A stretch of DNA of 64,000 nucleotides from Sedimentisphaerales bacterium (GTDB taxonomy: Bacteria; Planctomycetota; Phycisphaerae; Sedimentisphaerales; SM23-30). The stretch lies in contig CAXXMR010000013.1 in NCBI GenBank assembly GCA_963663805.2, forward strand, positions 416,001 through 480,000, written 5' to 3'. Both the position numbers and the translations under genes were made by a program. Positions 11,567 to 21,594 of this stretch are shown here, one piece after another (the stretch's first letter is position 1; every line of letters begins with the position of its first letter). The notes below the pieces were generated by a model that was not told the origin of the DNA, did not search any database, and saw nothing but the letters and a program-made list of their open reading frames with translations.

Positions 11567-12355
11567 ATGAGTTCCGTAAGTTCGATTGACAGCTATACCA
11601 CCAGCGCGGCCTCTACCACCGCTAAGGAGGATTTGTCCCTGAGTACCCAGGACTTCCTCGACATCATGATTACCGAGCTGACCAACCAGGATCCCTTTGA
11701 GCCTATGAAAAACCAGGACTTGCTCAACCAGATGTCAGCTATCCAGCAGATTAACTCCTCCCAGTCCATGGCGACTTCGTTTGAAACGCTTATGGAAAAT
11801 TTCGATGCCATGCTCACCCGACAGGACATCAATTCGGCCAGTGCCATGGTCGGTCAAATCGTCTCCGGTACCAATACTTCCGGTGCTTCCGCCTATGGCA
11901 AGGTTGTAGGTGTCACCGTTTCCGGTAATAATGTACTTCTCGGTCTCGATACTGGAGAGACTATGAACCTCACCGATGTTGAGCAGTTCGGCGGAACCAA
12001 CAGTCAGGATATCATCGGCAAAGTCGTAATGGCCAAATCCGCCAATACTGGCGAAATCCTCGTTGGCAAAGTCGAATCTGTCCAAATCGAAGAGGATGCC
12101 GTCTATCTGAAACTCGAAGGAAAAGATGACTCCGTGGTTCTCTCCCAGGCCAGCATACTTAATATCGACAACGCCGACCTGCTTATGGGTAGAAAAGTTA
12201 CATCGGTTGAAGGTGTTTCTGGTACGGTTGTTGGAGTGACCTTGCTGGGAGACGACCAGGTCCAGTTCTCCGTCGAGACCACAATTACCTCCGACGGTGA
12301 AACGCAAACCCAGGTCAAACAAATCAACCTCGAAGACCTGGGAACGATTGGCTGA
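11567..12355 (+). CDS. flgD: Flagellar hook capping protein FlgD
   Basis: DFLDIMITELTNQDPFEPM motif. Confidence 0.93.
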   Translation: MSSVSSIDSYTTSAASTTAKEDLSLSTQDFLDIMITELTNQDPFEPMKNQDLLNQMSAIQQINSSQSMATSFETLMENFDAMLTRQDINSASAMVGQIVSGTNTSGASAYGKVVGVTVSGNNVLLGLDTGETMNLTDVEQFGGTNSQDIIGKVVMAKSANTGEILVGKVESVQIEEDAVYLKLEGKDDSVVLSQASILNIDNADLLMGRKVTSVEGVSGTVVGVTLLGDDQVQFSVETTITSDGETQTQVKQINLEDLGTIG

Positions 12356-12466
12356 AAATAAAATTGAAAATAAACGTATAGTGAAATGAGAAACAAAACC
12401 CAAAATAACAGCGTGACCAACAACTCGATTTAAAAGTAATTTTTACCAGCTACGGAGGCAGGCACT

Positions 12467-14245
12467 ATGGGCCTTACATCATCATTATTCGTCGGCTTGA
12501 CCGGCATGAAAACCAATGAGTTCCGCATGGACGTTATCGGTAATAATATCGCCAACGTCAACACCTACGGCTACAAGTCGCAGCGGGCCACCTTTGAGTC
12601 TACCTTCTCCCAGACCTTTAGCTTCGGCTCACCGCCCGCCAGCGGCAGCGGCGGCACCAATCCCCGTCAGGTAGGTACCGGTGTTGGTGTTGCCAGCGTT
12701 GACCGCGATTTTACCGGCGGTGCTCCCGAAACCACCGGAGTGGGAACTGACCTCGCCATCGAAGGTGAAGGACTTTTTGTGCTACTCAAATCTGACGGCT
12801 CGCGTGTTTATACCCGCGACGGCAACTTTCAGTTTAACTCCGAAAATTATCTTGTTTCTTCCGACGGGTTCTACCTGCGTGGTTACGGCATTGACGATGG
12901 TTTCAATATTATTGAAGGCTCCATGACCAATATCCGTATCGGCCTGGGTGAGATCACCACCGCTACCAAATCAACTAAAGCGAACTTTACCGGAAACCTC
13001 AACTCCGAAGGTTCGCCCGGTGTCGCCCGTCCCAAATTTTTTAGCCAGGAACTCACTGACGCCGGTGGTGTACCTTCCGGTGCAACTCTGCTTACCGACC
13101 TTGAAGAAGCCTCAAATCCCGGAACTTCACTTTTTCAGGATGGTGATATTGTCACCGCCAGCAGTATCCGCAAAGGAGGTGCCGTAATCGGGGCCGCTGA
13201 TTTGGAAGTTACCGCTACTACAACTCTTGATGATTTTATGAGCTGGACCCAGGGCGTACTTGGTATCAGTGACGATAGTGATCTCAAAGACCTCACCGGC
13301 GAAACCGTACCTTACGATGTTCCCGGTGTGACTCTCGCTGACGACGGCCTCGGTAACTATTACATTCAAATCATCGGTAATATTGGTGAAGACAGCAATT
13401 TTGCTTTTGGCGGCAATACCGCTGCCAGTGGCAGTGATGGTTTTTCCACCGTGAGTCCTTCGTCGGCTGCCACGCCCAGCGCCACCAAGCCCTTCACTTT
13501 TACCGACCAGAACGATGATGACACCGTACTTGGCGAAAGTGTGCGAACCTCATTCGATGGCTATGATTCGCTCGGAACACCAATCAGCATCAGTGTAACG
13601 ATGGTAATGGAAACTCAGAACGATACCGGAACAACCTGGCGCTGGTTCGCCGAATCACCCGATGATATGAGTTCCCCGGTTGACCGCAATCTTGGGACAG
13701 GAACCATTAAATTTAATTCTAACGGACAGTTTATCCAGGCGACCGGAGAAACCATTTCCATCAGCCGTACCGGAACAGGTGCGGATACGCCCCAGACGGT
13801 AACTCTCGATTTCTCCGGTATGTACGGCAATGCTTCCGTAAATGGCAATAGCACCATGACCTTGCTCAGTCAGGATGGTTTTGAGTCTGGCACACTATCT
13901 GATTTTGCCGTTGGTACCGATGGTATCATCACCGGGGCTTTTACTAACGGCTTGAGTCGTACCCTTGGCCAGGTCGTTCTGGCAACCTTCCGTAACTACG
14001 GCGGACTTATCGCCACCGGTGACAATGTTTATCAGCCCGGCCCCAACGCTGGTACGCCGACCATTAAAGCGCCCCAGGATCTTGGGGCAGGAACGGTTCG
14101 GTCGGCGGCACTAGAACTTAGTAACGTGGACCTTTCCCGTGAGTTTATTAACCTTATCGTTTCCAGTACCGGTTTTTCCGCTTCCTCGCGAGTCATCCAG
14201 ACTTCCGACCAGTTGCTCACCGAACTGATGGCGATGATGAGGTAA
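12467..14245 (+). CDS. flgE: Flagellar hook protein FlgE
   Basis: GNNIANVNTYGYK, YTRDGNF, LELSNVDLSREF. Confidence 0.96.
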   Translation: MGLTSSLFVGLTGMKTNEFRMDVIGNNIANVNTYGYKSQRATFESTFSQTFSFGSPPASGSGGTNPRQVGTGVGVASVDRDFTGGAPETTGVGTDLAIEGEGLFVLLKSDGSRVYTRDGNFQFNSENYLVSSDGFYLRGYGIDDGFNIIEGSMTNIRIGLGEITTATKSTKANFTGNLNSEGSPGVARPKFFSQELTDAGGVPSGATLLTDLEEASNPGTSLFQDGDIVTASSIRKGGAVIGAADLEVTATTTLDDFMSWTQGVLGISDDSDLKDLTGETVPYDVPGVTLADDGLGNYYIQIIGNIGEDSNFAFGGNTAASGSDGFSTVSPSSAATPSATKPFTFTDQNDDDTVLGESVRTSFDGYDSLGTPISISVTMVMETQNDTGTTWRWFAESPDDMSSPVDRNLGTGTIKFNSNGQFIQATGETISISRTGTGADTPQTVTLDFSGMYGNASVNGNSTMTLLSQDGFESGTLSDFAVGTDGIITGAFTNGLSRTLGQVVLATFRNYGGLIATGDNVYQPGPNAGTPTIKAPQDLGAGTVRSAALELSNVDLSREFINLIVSSTGFSASSRVIQTSDQLLTELMAMMR

Positions 14246-14253
14246 CCCAAATA

Positions 14254-14498
14254 GAATACCCGGGCCTCGCGGCAGGGTGTTTATTCTGCTGTCGCGAGGC
14301 CAACTTTAACATATACAGGATTTTTTAATGACCGAAACCCTAACAATCTGAATACCCGGGCCTCGCGGCAGGGTGTTTATTCTGCTGTCGCGAGGCCAAC
14401 TTTAACATATACAGGATTTTTAATGACCGAAACCTTAACAATCTGAATACCCGGGCCTCGCGGCAGGGTGTTTATTCTGCTGTCGCGAGGCCGACTTT
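14254..14498 (+). repeat. Tandem repeat, 96/95-bp unit x ~2.5, each with a GC-rich hairpin
   Basis: Units start at 14254, 14350 and 14445; GGCCTCGCG...CGCGAGGCC stem three times; inter-hairpin segments nearly identical. Confidence 0.97.
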
Positions 14499-14504
14499 TA
14501 TAAA

Positions 14505-14696
14505 ATGATTGCCCTGACCAGACTCAATGGAAAAAAATTTGTCGTCAACGCCGAGTTGATACGATACATCGAGAATATTCCCGATACCATGATTACCCTC
14601 ACCACCGGCGACAAAGTGATGGTCGCTGAAACCATTGACGAAGTTGTCGAACTGGCCGTCCAGTATTGTCGGCAGGTTAGAGCCTTCAAGCCCTGA
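14505..14696 (+). CDS. flbD: Flagellar protein FlbD (SwrD family)
   Basis: MIALTRLNG...NAELI...PDTMITL signature; lies between flgE and motA. Confidence 0.92.
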   Translation: MIALTRLNGKKFVVNAELIRYIENIPDTMITLTTGDKVMVAETIDEVVELAVQYCRQVRAFKP

Positions 14697-14801
14697 GTCA
14701 TAACTTATTTTCGAGACTCCGTTGGCTGATGATGCCGATGAAGATTTGTGCACCGTGACAAACTAAGTAAACACCCTTATAAGCCGGAGAAATATTACAA
14801 A

Positions 14802-15578
14802 ATGGACCTTGCGACCCTTATAGGATTGTTCCTGGGTATGGGCCTGGTCGGCTATGCTATCTTTTCCGGTGCCGGAGAGAAGGCCGGCGCCTTTGTTGAC
14901 CCCAACTCTGCCATGATTGTTATCGGAGGTTCAATCGCCTCGGTTATGACCAGTTTTCCCCTGGCCCGGTTCCTTTCAATAGGTAAGGTTTTGAAAATTG
15001 CCTTTATCTGCAAGGAACAGTCTGCTCAGCAGCTTATCGAAGACCTCGTCGGTTATGCCGAAATCGCCCGGCGTGACGGGATTCTCTCCCTCGAAAACGC
15101 CGCCCGTGACGCTTCTGACCCTTTTATTACCAAGGGCATTCAGATGGCCGTGGACGGCACCGACCCCGAACTCATCGAACAAATTATGAATAACGAGCTT
15201 GAGGCCATCGCCGAACGTCACGACAAAGGCAAAGCCCTTTTCGATGCTATCGGTAAATACGGCCCTGCCTATGGTATGATTGGGACACTCGTCGGTCTGG
15301 TTATCATGCTTATGAACATGGACGACCCTAGTGCTATCGGCCCTGGTATGGCCGTGGCACTTTTGACAACCTTGTACGGCTCCATGTTCGCAAATATGCT
15401 TGCCTTGCCCATTGCCGATAAACTCAGTCAGAGAAATGACGACGAGTTGCTCTTCAAAACCATCATTATCAAAGGCGTAATGAGTATCCAGTCCGGAGAT
15501 AACCCCCGTATTGTTGAGCAAAAACTCCGTACCTTCCTCCCGCCGGGTTTGATTCAGGAAGAAGAGCCCGCCGAGTAA
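14802..15578 (+). CDS. motA: Flagellar stator A subunit (MotA/PomA-like)
   Basis: MDLATLIG start; ARRDGILSLE; GMIGTLVGL; ALLTTLYG. Confidence 0.95.
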   Translation: MDLATLIGLFLGMGLVGYAIFSGAGEKAGAFVDPNSAMIVIGGSIASVMTSFPLARFLSIGKVLKIAFICKEQSAQQLIEDLVGYAEIARRDGILSLENAARDASDPFITKGIQMAVDGTDPELIEQIMNNELEAIAERHDKGKALFDAIGKYGPAYGMIGTLVGLVIMLMNMDDPSAIGPGMAVALLTTLYGSMFANMLALPIADKLSQRNDDELLFKTIIIKGVMSIQSGDNPRIVEQKLRTFLPPGLIQEEEPAE

Positions 15579-15606
15579 GAGATATGAATAAGCCGGAGTT
15601 TTTATT

Positions 15607-16359
15607 ATGGCTAAAAAGAAAAAAGAAGCACCAGGGGGAGCACCTGAATGGATGGTGACTTTCGGCGATATGATGTCACTGCTGCTCTGTTTCTTCGTTA
15701 TTATCGTGTCCATGAGCGAAATCAAGCAGGAAGAACGCTTCATGGAGGTTATGGAGTCCATCAAAAGGGCTTTTGGTTATCGCGGCGGGGTGGGTTTTGT
15801 CCCCGCTCTAGTGCCCCCCGGCAACACCTTCCAGCCGCCCATGCCCCAGATTATCCCCAAAAAATTCCAGCTTGCCGAGGGTAAAACCAAGGAAGAAGGC
15901 ATCGAAGGCATTAACCCTTCTGTTCAGACCGTCCGCAAAGGCACCGAGTATATAATCGGCGGCCTGGTAAATTTCGAACTCGGCAAAGCCGACCTACTCG
16001 AACAATACAAGAAACAACTCGATTCCTTTGCTGAAAACATCAAGGGAATGAACAACAAAATCCGTGTCCGGGGCCATACCGCCCGGATTTCCCCAAATGA
16101 TTATCGGCCCTTCGCCAGTCTTGAGGATCTTTCTTATGCCCGGGCCAAGGCTGTCGCCGGATACCTCATCCAGAAGGGAATCAGGCCCGAAAGGATTACT
16201 CTGGAGGCCTGCGGCGACAAAGAACCCGTCCGCGCCCAGGCCTACGATGAGGATTCCCGGGCCCTGAACAGCAGAGTTTCCATAATCTTAACCGAGAAAC
16301 TGGTCGATGAGTATAAGGGTGAAACTATGGCCGAAACCGGAGGTATGATAGATGGCTGA
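15607..16359 (+). CDS. motB: Flagellar stator B subunit (MotB/PomB-like)
   Basis: WMVTFGDMMSLLLCFF TM with the conserved Asp; OmpA-like GHT...LSYARA domain. Confidence 0.95.
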   Translation: MAKKKKEAPGGAPEWMVTFGDMMSLLLCFFVIIVSMSEIKQEERFMEVMESIKRAFGYRGGVGFVPALVPPGNTFQPPMPQIIPKKFQLAEGKTKEEGIEGINPSVQTVRKGTEYIIGGLVNFELGKADLLEQYKKQLDSFAENIKGMNNKIRVRGHTARISPNDYRPFASLEDLSYARAKAVAGYLIQKGIRPERITLEACGDKEPVRAQAYDEDSRALNSRVSIILTEKLVDEYKGETMAETGGMIDG

Positions 16360-16864
16360 AGATGTAAAAAAAGATGAACAAAAACCAAAGCAGAAACTGC
16401 CCCTCAAGACCATACTTGTTATCTTGGGTATATTACTGCTTGAGGGAGCAACAATTGGTATAGTTATGGTCGTTCGAGGCGGACCCAAACCCGCCGAAGC
16501 CACCGACCCCATCGGTGCTTCCGAACAGAATATCGAAAAAGAAATGGCCGAAGTCTCCATCGCCAAGGATTTTACCGTCGATAATTATGTCGCCGGACGC
16601 TCCCGCATTATTGTAACGCTCGAAGTGACCGCTAAAGTCCAAAAAGCCAATCTGGACAACCTTCAGGCTCGTGTAACCGAACACGAAACCGAAATCCGTG
16701 ACACTATTCGTTCGCTTATATCTTCTTCGCAGCCCGACCAGCTCCAGGACCCTAAGCTTCAGGTCATCAAAAGAGATATTCTTGTGGGTATCGAAAAAAT
16801 TGTCGGCGAAGGACTCATCGAAAAAATCCTCGTGCCCAACTGGCAGTCTTTCCGACAGGAATAA
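16352..16864 (+). CDS. fliL: Flagellar basal body-associated protein FliL
   Basis: Single N-terminal TM, FTVDN...EIRDTI; follows motB. Confidence 0.85.
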   Translation: MAEDVKKDEQKPKQKLPLKTILVILGILLLEGATIGIVMVVRGGPKPAEATDPIGASEQNIEKEMAEVSIAKDFTVDNYVAGRSRIIVTLEVTAKVQKANLDNLQARVTEHETEIRDTIRSLISSSQPDQLQDPKLQVIKRDILVGIEKIVGEGLIEKILVPNWQSFRQE

Positions 16865-17065
16865 ACTTCAAAGCAGCGTATCAATACTGATATTCGCCCA
16901 CGTTTAAACTGTATTGATTTCTAATAAATCAAGAAAAAAACATGCGACCAAAACGTGAAAAAACTTTAATTTTTTTCGATTTATCGGACGATTTCCCTTT
17001 CTATTTTGTCGAGTTAAAGTATAATACTAGTAAGATGTTAATTTGATACCGAAAGTGATTATAAA

Positions 17066-17440
17066 GTGCCTGAAACAGAACCAGATAATGTCGAGCAAGC
17101 GTCGGTAAACAATGCCGACGTTAATCAGGAAGAAAAACCAGACCTTCCCGATTTTGACCGCAATGCCTCCGCCCAGGACGGTAACGACATCGATTTTCTC
17201 AAAGACGTTGACCTTGATGTCAAAGTCGAGCTTGGCCGGACCGAACTGACTATCGAAGAAATTCTTGGTCTCAGTAATGGTTCGGTTGTCCAGCTCAACA
17301 GCCTCGCTGGCGACCCCGTTGATGTACTTGTCAACGAACAACTCGTCGCCCGTGGCGAGGTGCTTGTCATCAACGAAAATTTGTGCGTGCGTATTAACGA
17401 AATCGTACCCGGAGCAACTGAAAAGATGGCCCAGGCATAA
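17066..17440 (+). CDS. fliN: Flagellar motor switch protein FliN
   Basis: SpoA domain VKVELGRT...GDPVDVLVN...ARGEV. Confidence 0.95.
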   Translation: MPETEPDNVEQASVNNADVNQEEKPDLPDFDRNASAQDGNDIDFLKDVDLDVKVELGRTELTIEEILGLSNGSVVQLNSLAGDPVDVLVNEQLVARGEVLVINENLCVRINEIVPGATEKMAQA

Positions 17441-17562
17441 GCTGGCAATCCCGTTCTTCGCCGAGAGCGGCTTTGGGACTCACACCGCCGTTTTGTGAGT
17501 CACGCCTTGATAGCACATGTAAAACTAAGACCCAAACTTTCTAAGCCAGGCTGGAGGTGTAC

Positions 17563-18477
17563 ATGGCCCGTTGCCCGTCATTCCATTTGAGGGCTAGTTG
17601 TGTAGTAACCCTTTTTCTCTGCGCTTTTTTCCACCCGTCTCTTTTTGCCCAGAATGGTTTTTCTGCCAACTCCGACCAGGCCATACGCCTTGAAAAGCAA
17701 ACCGCCGGTGATGCGGCTTCATCGAGCGGCCAATCTGCCGCCATCGATGACAATGACAACATGTTGCAGCCGGTCGCCGATAAAAAACAATATGTAGAGC
17801 CCGCGGTTGCTGATGCTTCCGTTTCACTTTCGGTCGAACAGACCATGCCCATCGAGCCGACTCAGCCGACCGACACGCAAGCAACCCCTGTTGCCGACGA
17901 AGATTTTGAATCAAAGTTAGTCGGTAACCCTTCCGCGGATAAAAAACAAACCCTCAACTCCACCGAAAATCAAAACGTCGTCAATCCCGATTTTTCTTAC
18001 ACTGCTTTTATGTTGGCTGGCGTTCTTCTGTTGATTGTTATTCTCGCCTGGCTCTTCAGAAGATATATTCTAGCTCAGAAGCGTCCCGGCAGTTCTCTGT
18101 CACTTGACGTTGTTGCTCGCGCGACAATTGGTCCGCGACAGTCTCTCTGCCTCGTAAAACTTGGCCGACATCTCGTGCTTGTCGGCCTTTCACCCAACCA
18201 CATGGCGGCCCTCGACACCGTTGAAGACCCCGAGGAGATTGCCCTTATTCTAAGTTCTGTTTCCCGACGCGGCTCTGCCTCACTCACCGCATCGTTTGAC
18301 CAGTTGGTTGCCGAAAATTCCAGTGATTACGACGACGGCTACCCCGATATAGGCGCTGATAGTATTGAAAATAACGATTCCACCAACGCTGACCCTGACA
18401 ACATTAATCAGGCACGCAGCGAACTGACCGGACTGCTCGACAAAGTCAAGGGCTTGACTCGCTTGCATTCCCGCTAG
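17563..18477 (+). CDS. fliO: Flagellar biogenesis protein FliO with N-terminal extension
   Basis: TM followed by IGPRQSLCLVKLGRHLVLVG; lies between fliN and fliP; GGAGG RBS. Confidence 0.82.
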   Translation: MARCPSFHLRASCVVTLFLCAFFHPSLFAQNGFSANSDQAIRLEKQTAGDAASSSGQSAAIDDNDNMLQPVADKKQYVEPAVADASVSLSVEQTMPIEPTQPTDTQATPVADEDFESKLVGNPSADKKQTLNSTENQNVVNPDFSYTAFMLAGVLLLIVILAWLFRRYILAQKRPGSSLSLDVVARATIGPRQSLCLVKLGRHLVLVGLSPNHMAALDTVEDPEEIALILSSVSRRGSASLTASFDQLVAENSSDYDDGYPDIGADSIENNDSTNADPDNINQARSELTGLLDKVKGLTRLHSR

Positions 18478-18532
18478 ATTTACCGGCATGGGGTGGGGGA
18501 CTTAGGCCGGAACCTGAAAAAAGTAACGGATT

Positions 18533-19402
18533 ATGATGATGTCAAGGATGACAGGTAAAATTGCCGCTTTGCTGGTACTGCTCATTGTGCCGGTTCTTTG
18601 CGCTCAGTCCGTGCCTGCTCTGGACATTCCTGCCGCAACGCCCGGTACCAACCCGCTCAGCAATCTCGACCCTGCTAAGGTGGTCGATAATGCTCTCCAG
18701 CCCGAAAAACTCTCAGCCACCCTTGAAATACTCATACTTCTGACCGTACTTACTCTCACCCCCGCCATTCTGGTCATGACCACCTGCTTTACTCGCATTG
18801 TGGTCGTTTTAGCCCTGCTCCGTCAGGCCATCGGTACCCAGCAGCTCCCGCCCTCCCAGGTCATTACCGGCCTAGCACTCTTTATGACATTTTGCGTAAT
18901 GGCCCCGACCTGGCAGAGAATCAACGCTCAGGCCATCCAGCCCTACGTCAATCCTGCTTCCGAGGAACAGCGTATCGACCGGGCCACCGCCTGGAACCGT
19001 GCCCAGTCCCAAATGCGGGCCTTTATGATTATGCAAATCGAGAACACCGGCAGCAGTGAAGATGTATATATGTTCGCTCAGTTTGCCCAGCCCTCACCCC
19101 AGCTCGGCGAAAAAATCCGAGAAGGCACCCTCCAGTGGGCCGACGTTTCTCTTTCGGTACTCGTCCCCGCCTTCATTACCAGCGAACTAAAGCAGGCCTT
19201 CATTATGGGCTTCTACATCTACCTGCCTTTCCTGGTCATTGACATGGTAGTAGCTTCGATTCTCATGTCCATGGGCATGATGATGCTGCCGCCTGTATTA
19301 ATATCATTACCCTTTAAGTTACTGCTGTTCGTGTTGGTAAATGGTTGGCATTTGGTAATCGGCACCCTGCTGACCAGTTTTACAAACAACGCACCCATAT
19401 AG
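18533..19402 (+). CDS. fliP: Flagellar export gate protein FliP
   Basis: TCFTRIVVV...QQLPP; SMGMMMLPP. Confidence 0.96.
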   Translation: MMMSRMTGKIAALLVLLIVPVLCAQSVPALDIPAATPGTNPLSNLDPAKVVDNALQPEKLSATLEILILLTVLTLTPAILVMTTCFTRIVVVLALLRQAIGTQQLPPSQVITGLALFMTFCVMAPTWQRINAQAIQPYVNPASEEQRIDRATAWNRAQSQMRAFMIMQIENTGSSEDVYMFAQFAQPSPQLGEKIREGTLQWADVSLSVLVPAFITSELKQAFIMGFYIYLPFLVIDMVVASILMSMGMMMLPPVLISLPFKLLLFVLVNGWHLVIGTLLTSFTNNAPI

Positions 19403-19425
19403 AGAAAAAAAGAGGTATAACCAAA

Positions 19426-19689
19426 ATGGACCCCGAAGCCGCCCTGGAAATTGGCCGTCGCACCTTGATGCTCGTCATGATGATTTCCCTGCCCCTACTC
19501 GCCGTGGGGCTGGTAGTTGGTGTCACCATCTCCCTGCTACAGGCCGTAACTCAAATCCAGGAAATGACCCTGACATTCGTACCCAAAATAATTGCCATAG
19601 TTTTAGCCGGAATATTCTTCATGCCTTTCATCCTTGACAAAATTATGACATTTGCCGCCGAGATGTTCGGTGCCATGCCCTTACCATAA
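19426..19689 (+). CDS. fliQ: Flagellar export gate protein FliQ
   Basis: QAVTQIQEMTLTFVPK. Confidence 0.96.
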   Translation: MDPEAALEIGRRTLMLVMMISLPLLAVGLVVGVTISLLQAVTQIQEMTLTFVPKIIAIVLAGIFFMPFILDKIMTFAAEMFGAMPLP

Positions 19690-19701
19690 CACAGCGAAAA
19701 A

Positions 19702-20484
19702 ATGAACTTTATCGTACCAGTACAATTTATTTTCGATCAGGCACCGGTATTCCTGCTGGTTCTTTTCCGCGTCGGCGGAATAATGGCCACCGCGCCGGTT
19801 TTTTCCTCAATGGTAATACCAATACCAATCCGCGCCATGTTCGCTCTGGTCATTGCCCTGGCCGTTTTCCCGCTCGTACCGCCTGTAGCGGCTCTGCCCA
19901 ACACAATTCCCTCATTAATTGTCGCAGTTGCCCTCGAAATGCTTATTGGTATTACCATGGGGTTCGCACTTAGCCTCATTTTCATTGGCATAGAACTCGG
20001 TGCCGAAATGGTCAGTCACCAGATGGGACTAGCCATGGCAAACCTTGTGGACCCCATGACCCAGAACTCAACTCAGGTGTTAAGTCAGTTTTATACCCTC
20101 TTGGCCACCGTAATATTCATCCTACTCAACGGCCATGTTAAGTTATTAATCTCCCTGCTCGACACCTTCGGCACCATACCACTCATGGCCGTAAAAATGA
20201 CCCGCGACACCCTTGACATCATTGTGTCCATACTCAACGGCTCCTTTATGCTAGCCATTCGCGTCGCCGGCCCCGCCCTTATCGCTATTTTTCTGGCAAC
20301 CCTCGCCCTCGGATTCATTTCCCGCACCATGCCTCAGCTAAATATCCTTGCCGCCGGGTTCCCCATCAGAATTTTACTCGCCCTTGTGTTGCTTATCGCA
20401 TCGCTGGGCGTTGTTTTCGTGTTGTTTGAACAGAACCTCGTTGTTGTTTTCCGGCAGTTACCAGAACTGTTCATTAAAGGATAG
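19702..20484 (+). CDS. fliR: Flagellar export gate protein FliR
   Basis: Multi-TM; QMGL...DP; RTMPQLNI. Confidence 0.95.
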   Translation: MNFIVPVQFIFDQAPVFLLVLFRVGGIMATAPVFSSMVIPIPIRAMFALVIALAVFPLVPPVAALPNTIPSLIVAVALEMLIGITMGFALSLIFIGIELGAEMVSHQMGLAMANLVDPMTQNSTQVLSQFYTLLATVIFILLNGHVKLLISLLDTFGTIPLMAVKMTRDTLDIIVSILNGSFMLAIRVAGPALIAIFLATLALGFISRTMPQLNILAAGFPIRILLALVLLIASLGVVFVLFEQNLVVVFRQLPELFIKG

Positions 20485-20492
20485 GACCATAA

Positions 20493-21587
20493 ATGCCTGC
20501 GGATACCGGTGAAAAAACTGAAGCCCCAACCCCAAAGCGTCTCCAGGAGGCCCGCGAAAAGGGCCAGGTTTCGCGCTCTGCCGACCTCACCGCCGCCGTG
20601 GGGCTGCTGGCCGGACTGGTCGTACTCAATATTTATGGTGCGTCCATCCTCCGTGGCTTTATGGACATCATGGAAAAATGCCTTACATTAGATAATGTCC
20701 CCATTACCGGCCAAATCACCGCCGATGAAGGATGGCGAACCCTGTTGGCTACAATGGCTTCTTTGGTTGGCCCACTTTTTCTCATACTCGTCATTGTCGC
20801 CATCGTTATAAACATTCTTCAGGTAGGTTTCGTCCTTACCTCTAAACCCATAACTCCTTCATTTGAAAAGATTTCCATTCTTTCCGGATTCAAACGCCTT
20901 TTCTCCCAGCGTACCGCCATGCGGATGGTCATGAACCTCGCTAAGGTCGGCGTAATTGCCACCGCCGCCTGGATTACCATCAAAAATTATCTGCCTGCCC
21001 TTGTCGGCGTTTCCGAATTAGCCTTTACCAAGGTTGTTGCCGTCGGTTCCCAGATGATGTTTATGCTCGGCGTTCGCTTAGCCGGTATCCTGCTCATCCT
21101 GGCCCTTATCGATTTCGCCTACCAGAAATACAAAGGCTATCAGGATCTCCGCATGTCAAAGGAAGAGGTCAAAGAGGAACTCAAACGTATGGAAGGTGAC
21201 CCCATCATGCGTTCGCGTCGTCGTCAGGTCGCCCGCCAGCTCGCCGCCCAGCGGATGAGCCAGGCCGTACCAACCGCAGATGTCGTCGTCACCAACCCCA
21301 CCCACCTTGCCATCGCCCTTAAATATGACCAGTCGTCCATGCACTCACCCAAAGTTGTCGCCAAAGGTGCCGGATACATCGCTATGAGAATCCGCGAAAT
21401 CGCCAACGAAAACAATATCCCGGTCGTCGAACGTAAACCGCTCGCCCAGGCCCTGTTCAAATCATGTGAAATTGGTGATTACATCCCGCCCGAACTCTAC
21501 AAAGCCGTCGCCGAAGTACTCGCTTATGTATTCGAACTGGCTGGCAGGGGATTCAGACGTTCAGTAGCAACCGCCGGAGCGAGATAA
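20493..21587 (+). CDS. flhB: Flagellar export protein FlhB
   Basis: EKTEAPTPK, EGDP and NPTH autocleavage motif. Confidence 0.96.
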   Translation: MPADTGEKTEAPTPKRLQEAREKGQVSRSADLTAAVGLLAGLVVLNIYGASILRGFMDIMEKCLTLDNVPITGQITADEGWRTLLATMASLVGPLFLILVIVAIVINILQVGFVLTSKPITPSFEKISILSGFKRLFSQRTAMRMVMNLAKVGVIATAAWITIKNYLPALVGVSELAFTKVVAVGSQMMFMLGVRLAGILLILALIDFAYQKYKGYQDLRMSKEEVKEELKRMEGDPIMRSRRRQVARQLAAQRMSQAVPTADVVVTNPTHLAIALKYDQSSMHSPKVVAKGAGYIAMRIREIANENNIPVVERKPLAQALFKSCEIGDYIPPELYKAVAEVLAYVFELAGRGFRRSVATAGAR

Positions 21588-21594
21588 AATGAAA

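Noticed and set aside
14254..14498. CRISPR array
   Set aside because: The would-be spacers are near-identical, the repeat is ~48 bp and no cas genes are present; this is a tandem duplication
14711..14741. Sigma28 promoter before motA (GCCGATGA); similar GTCGATAT before cheD at 27631
   Set aside because: The -10 boxes are plausible but no properly spaced -35 TAAA was found
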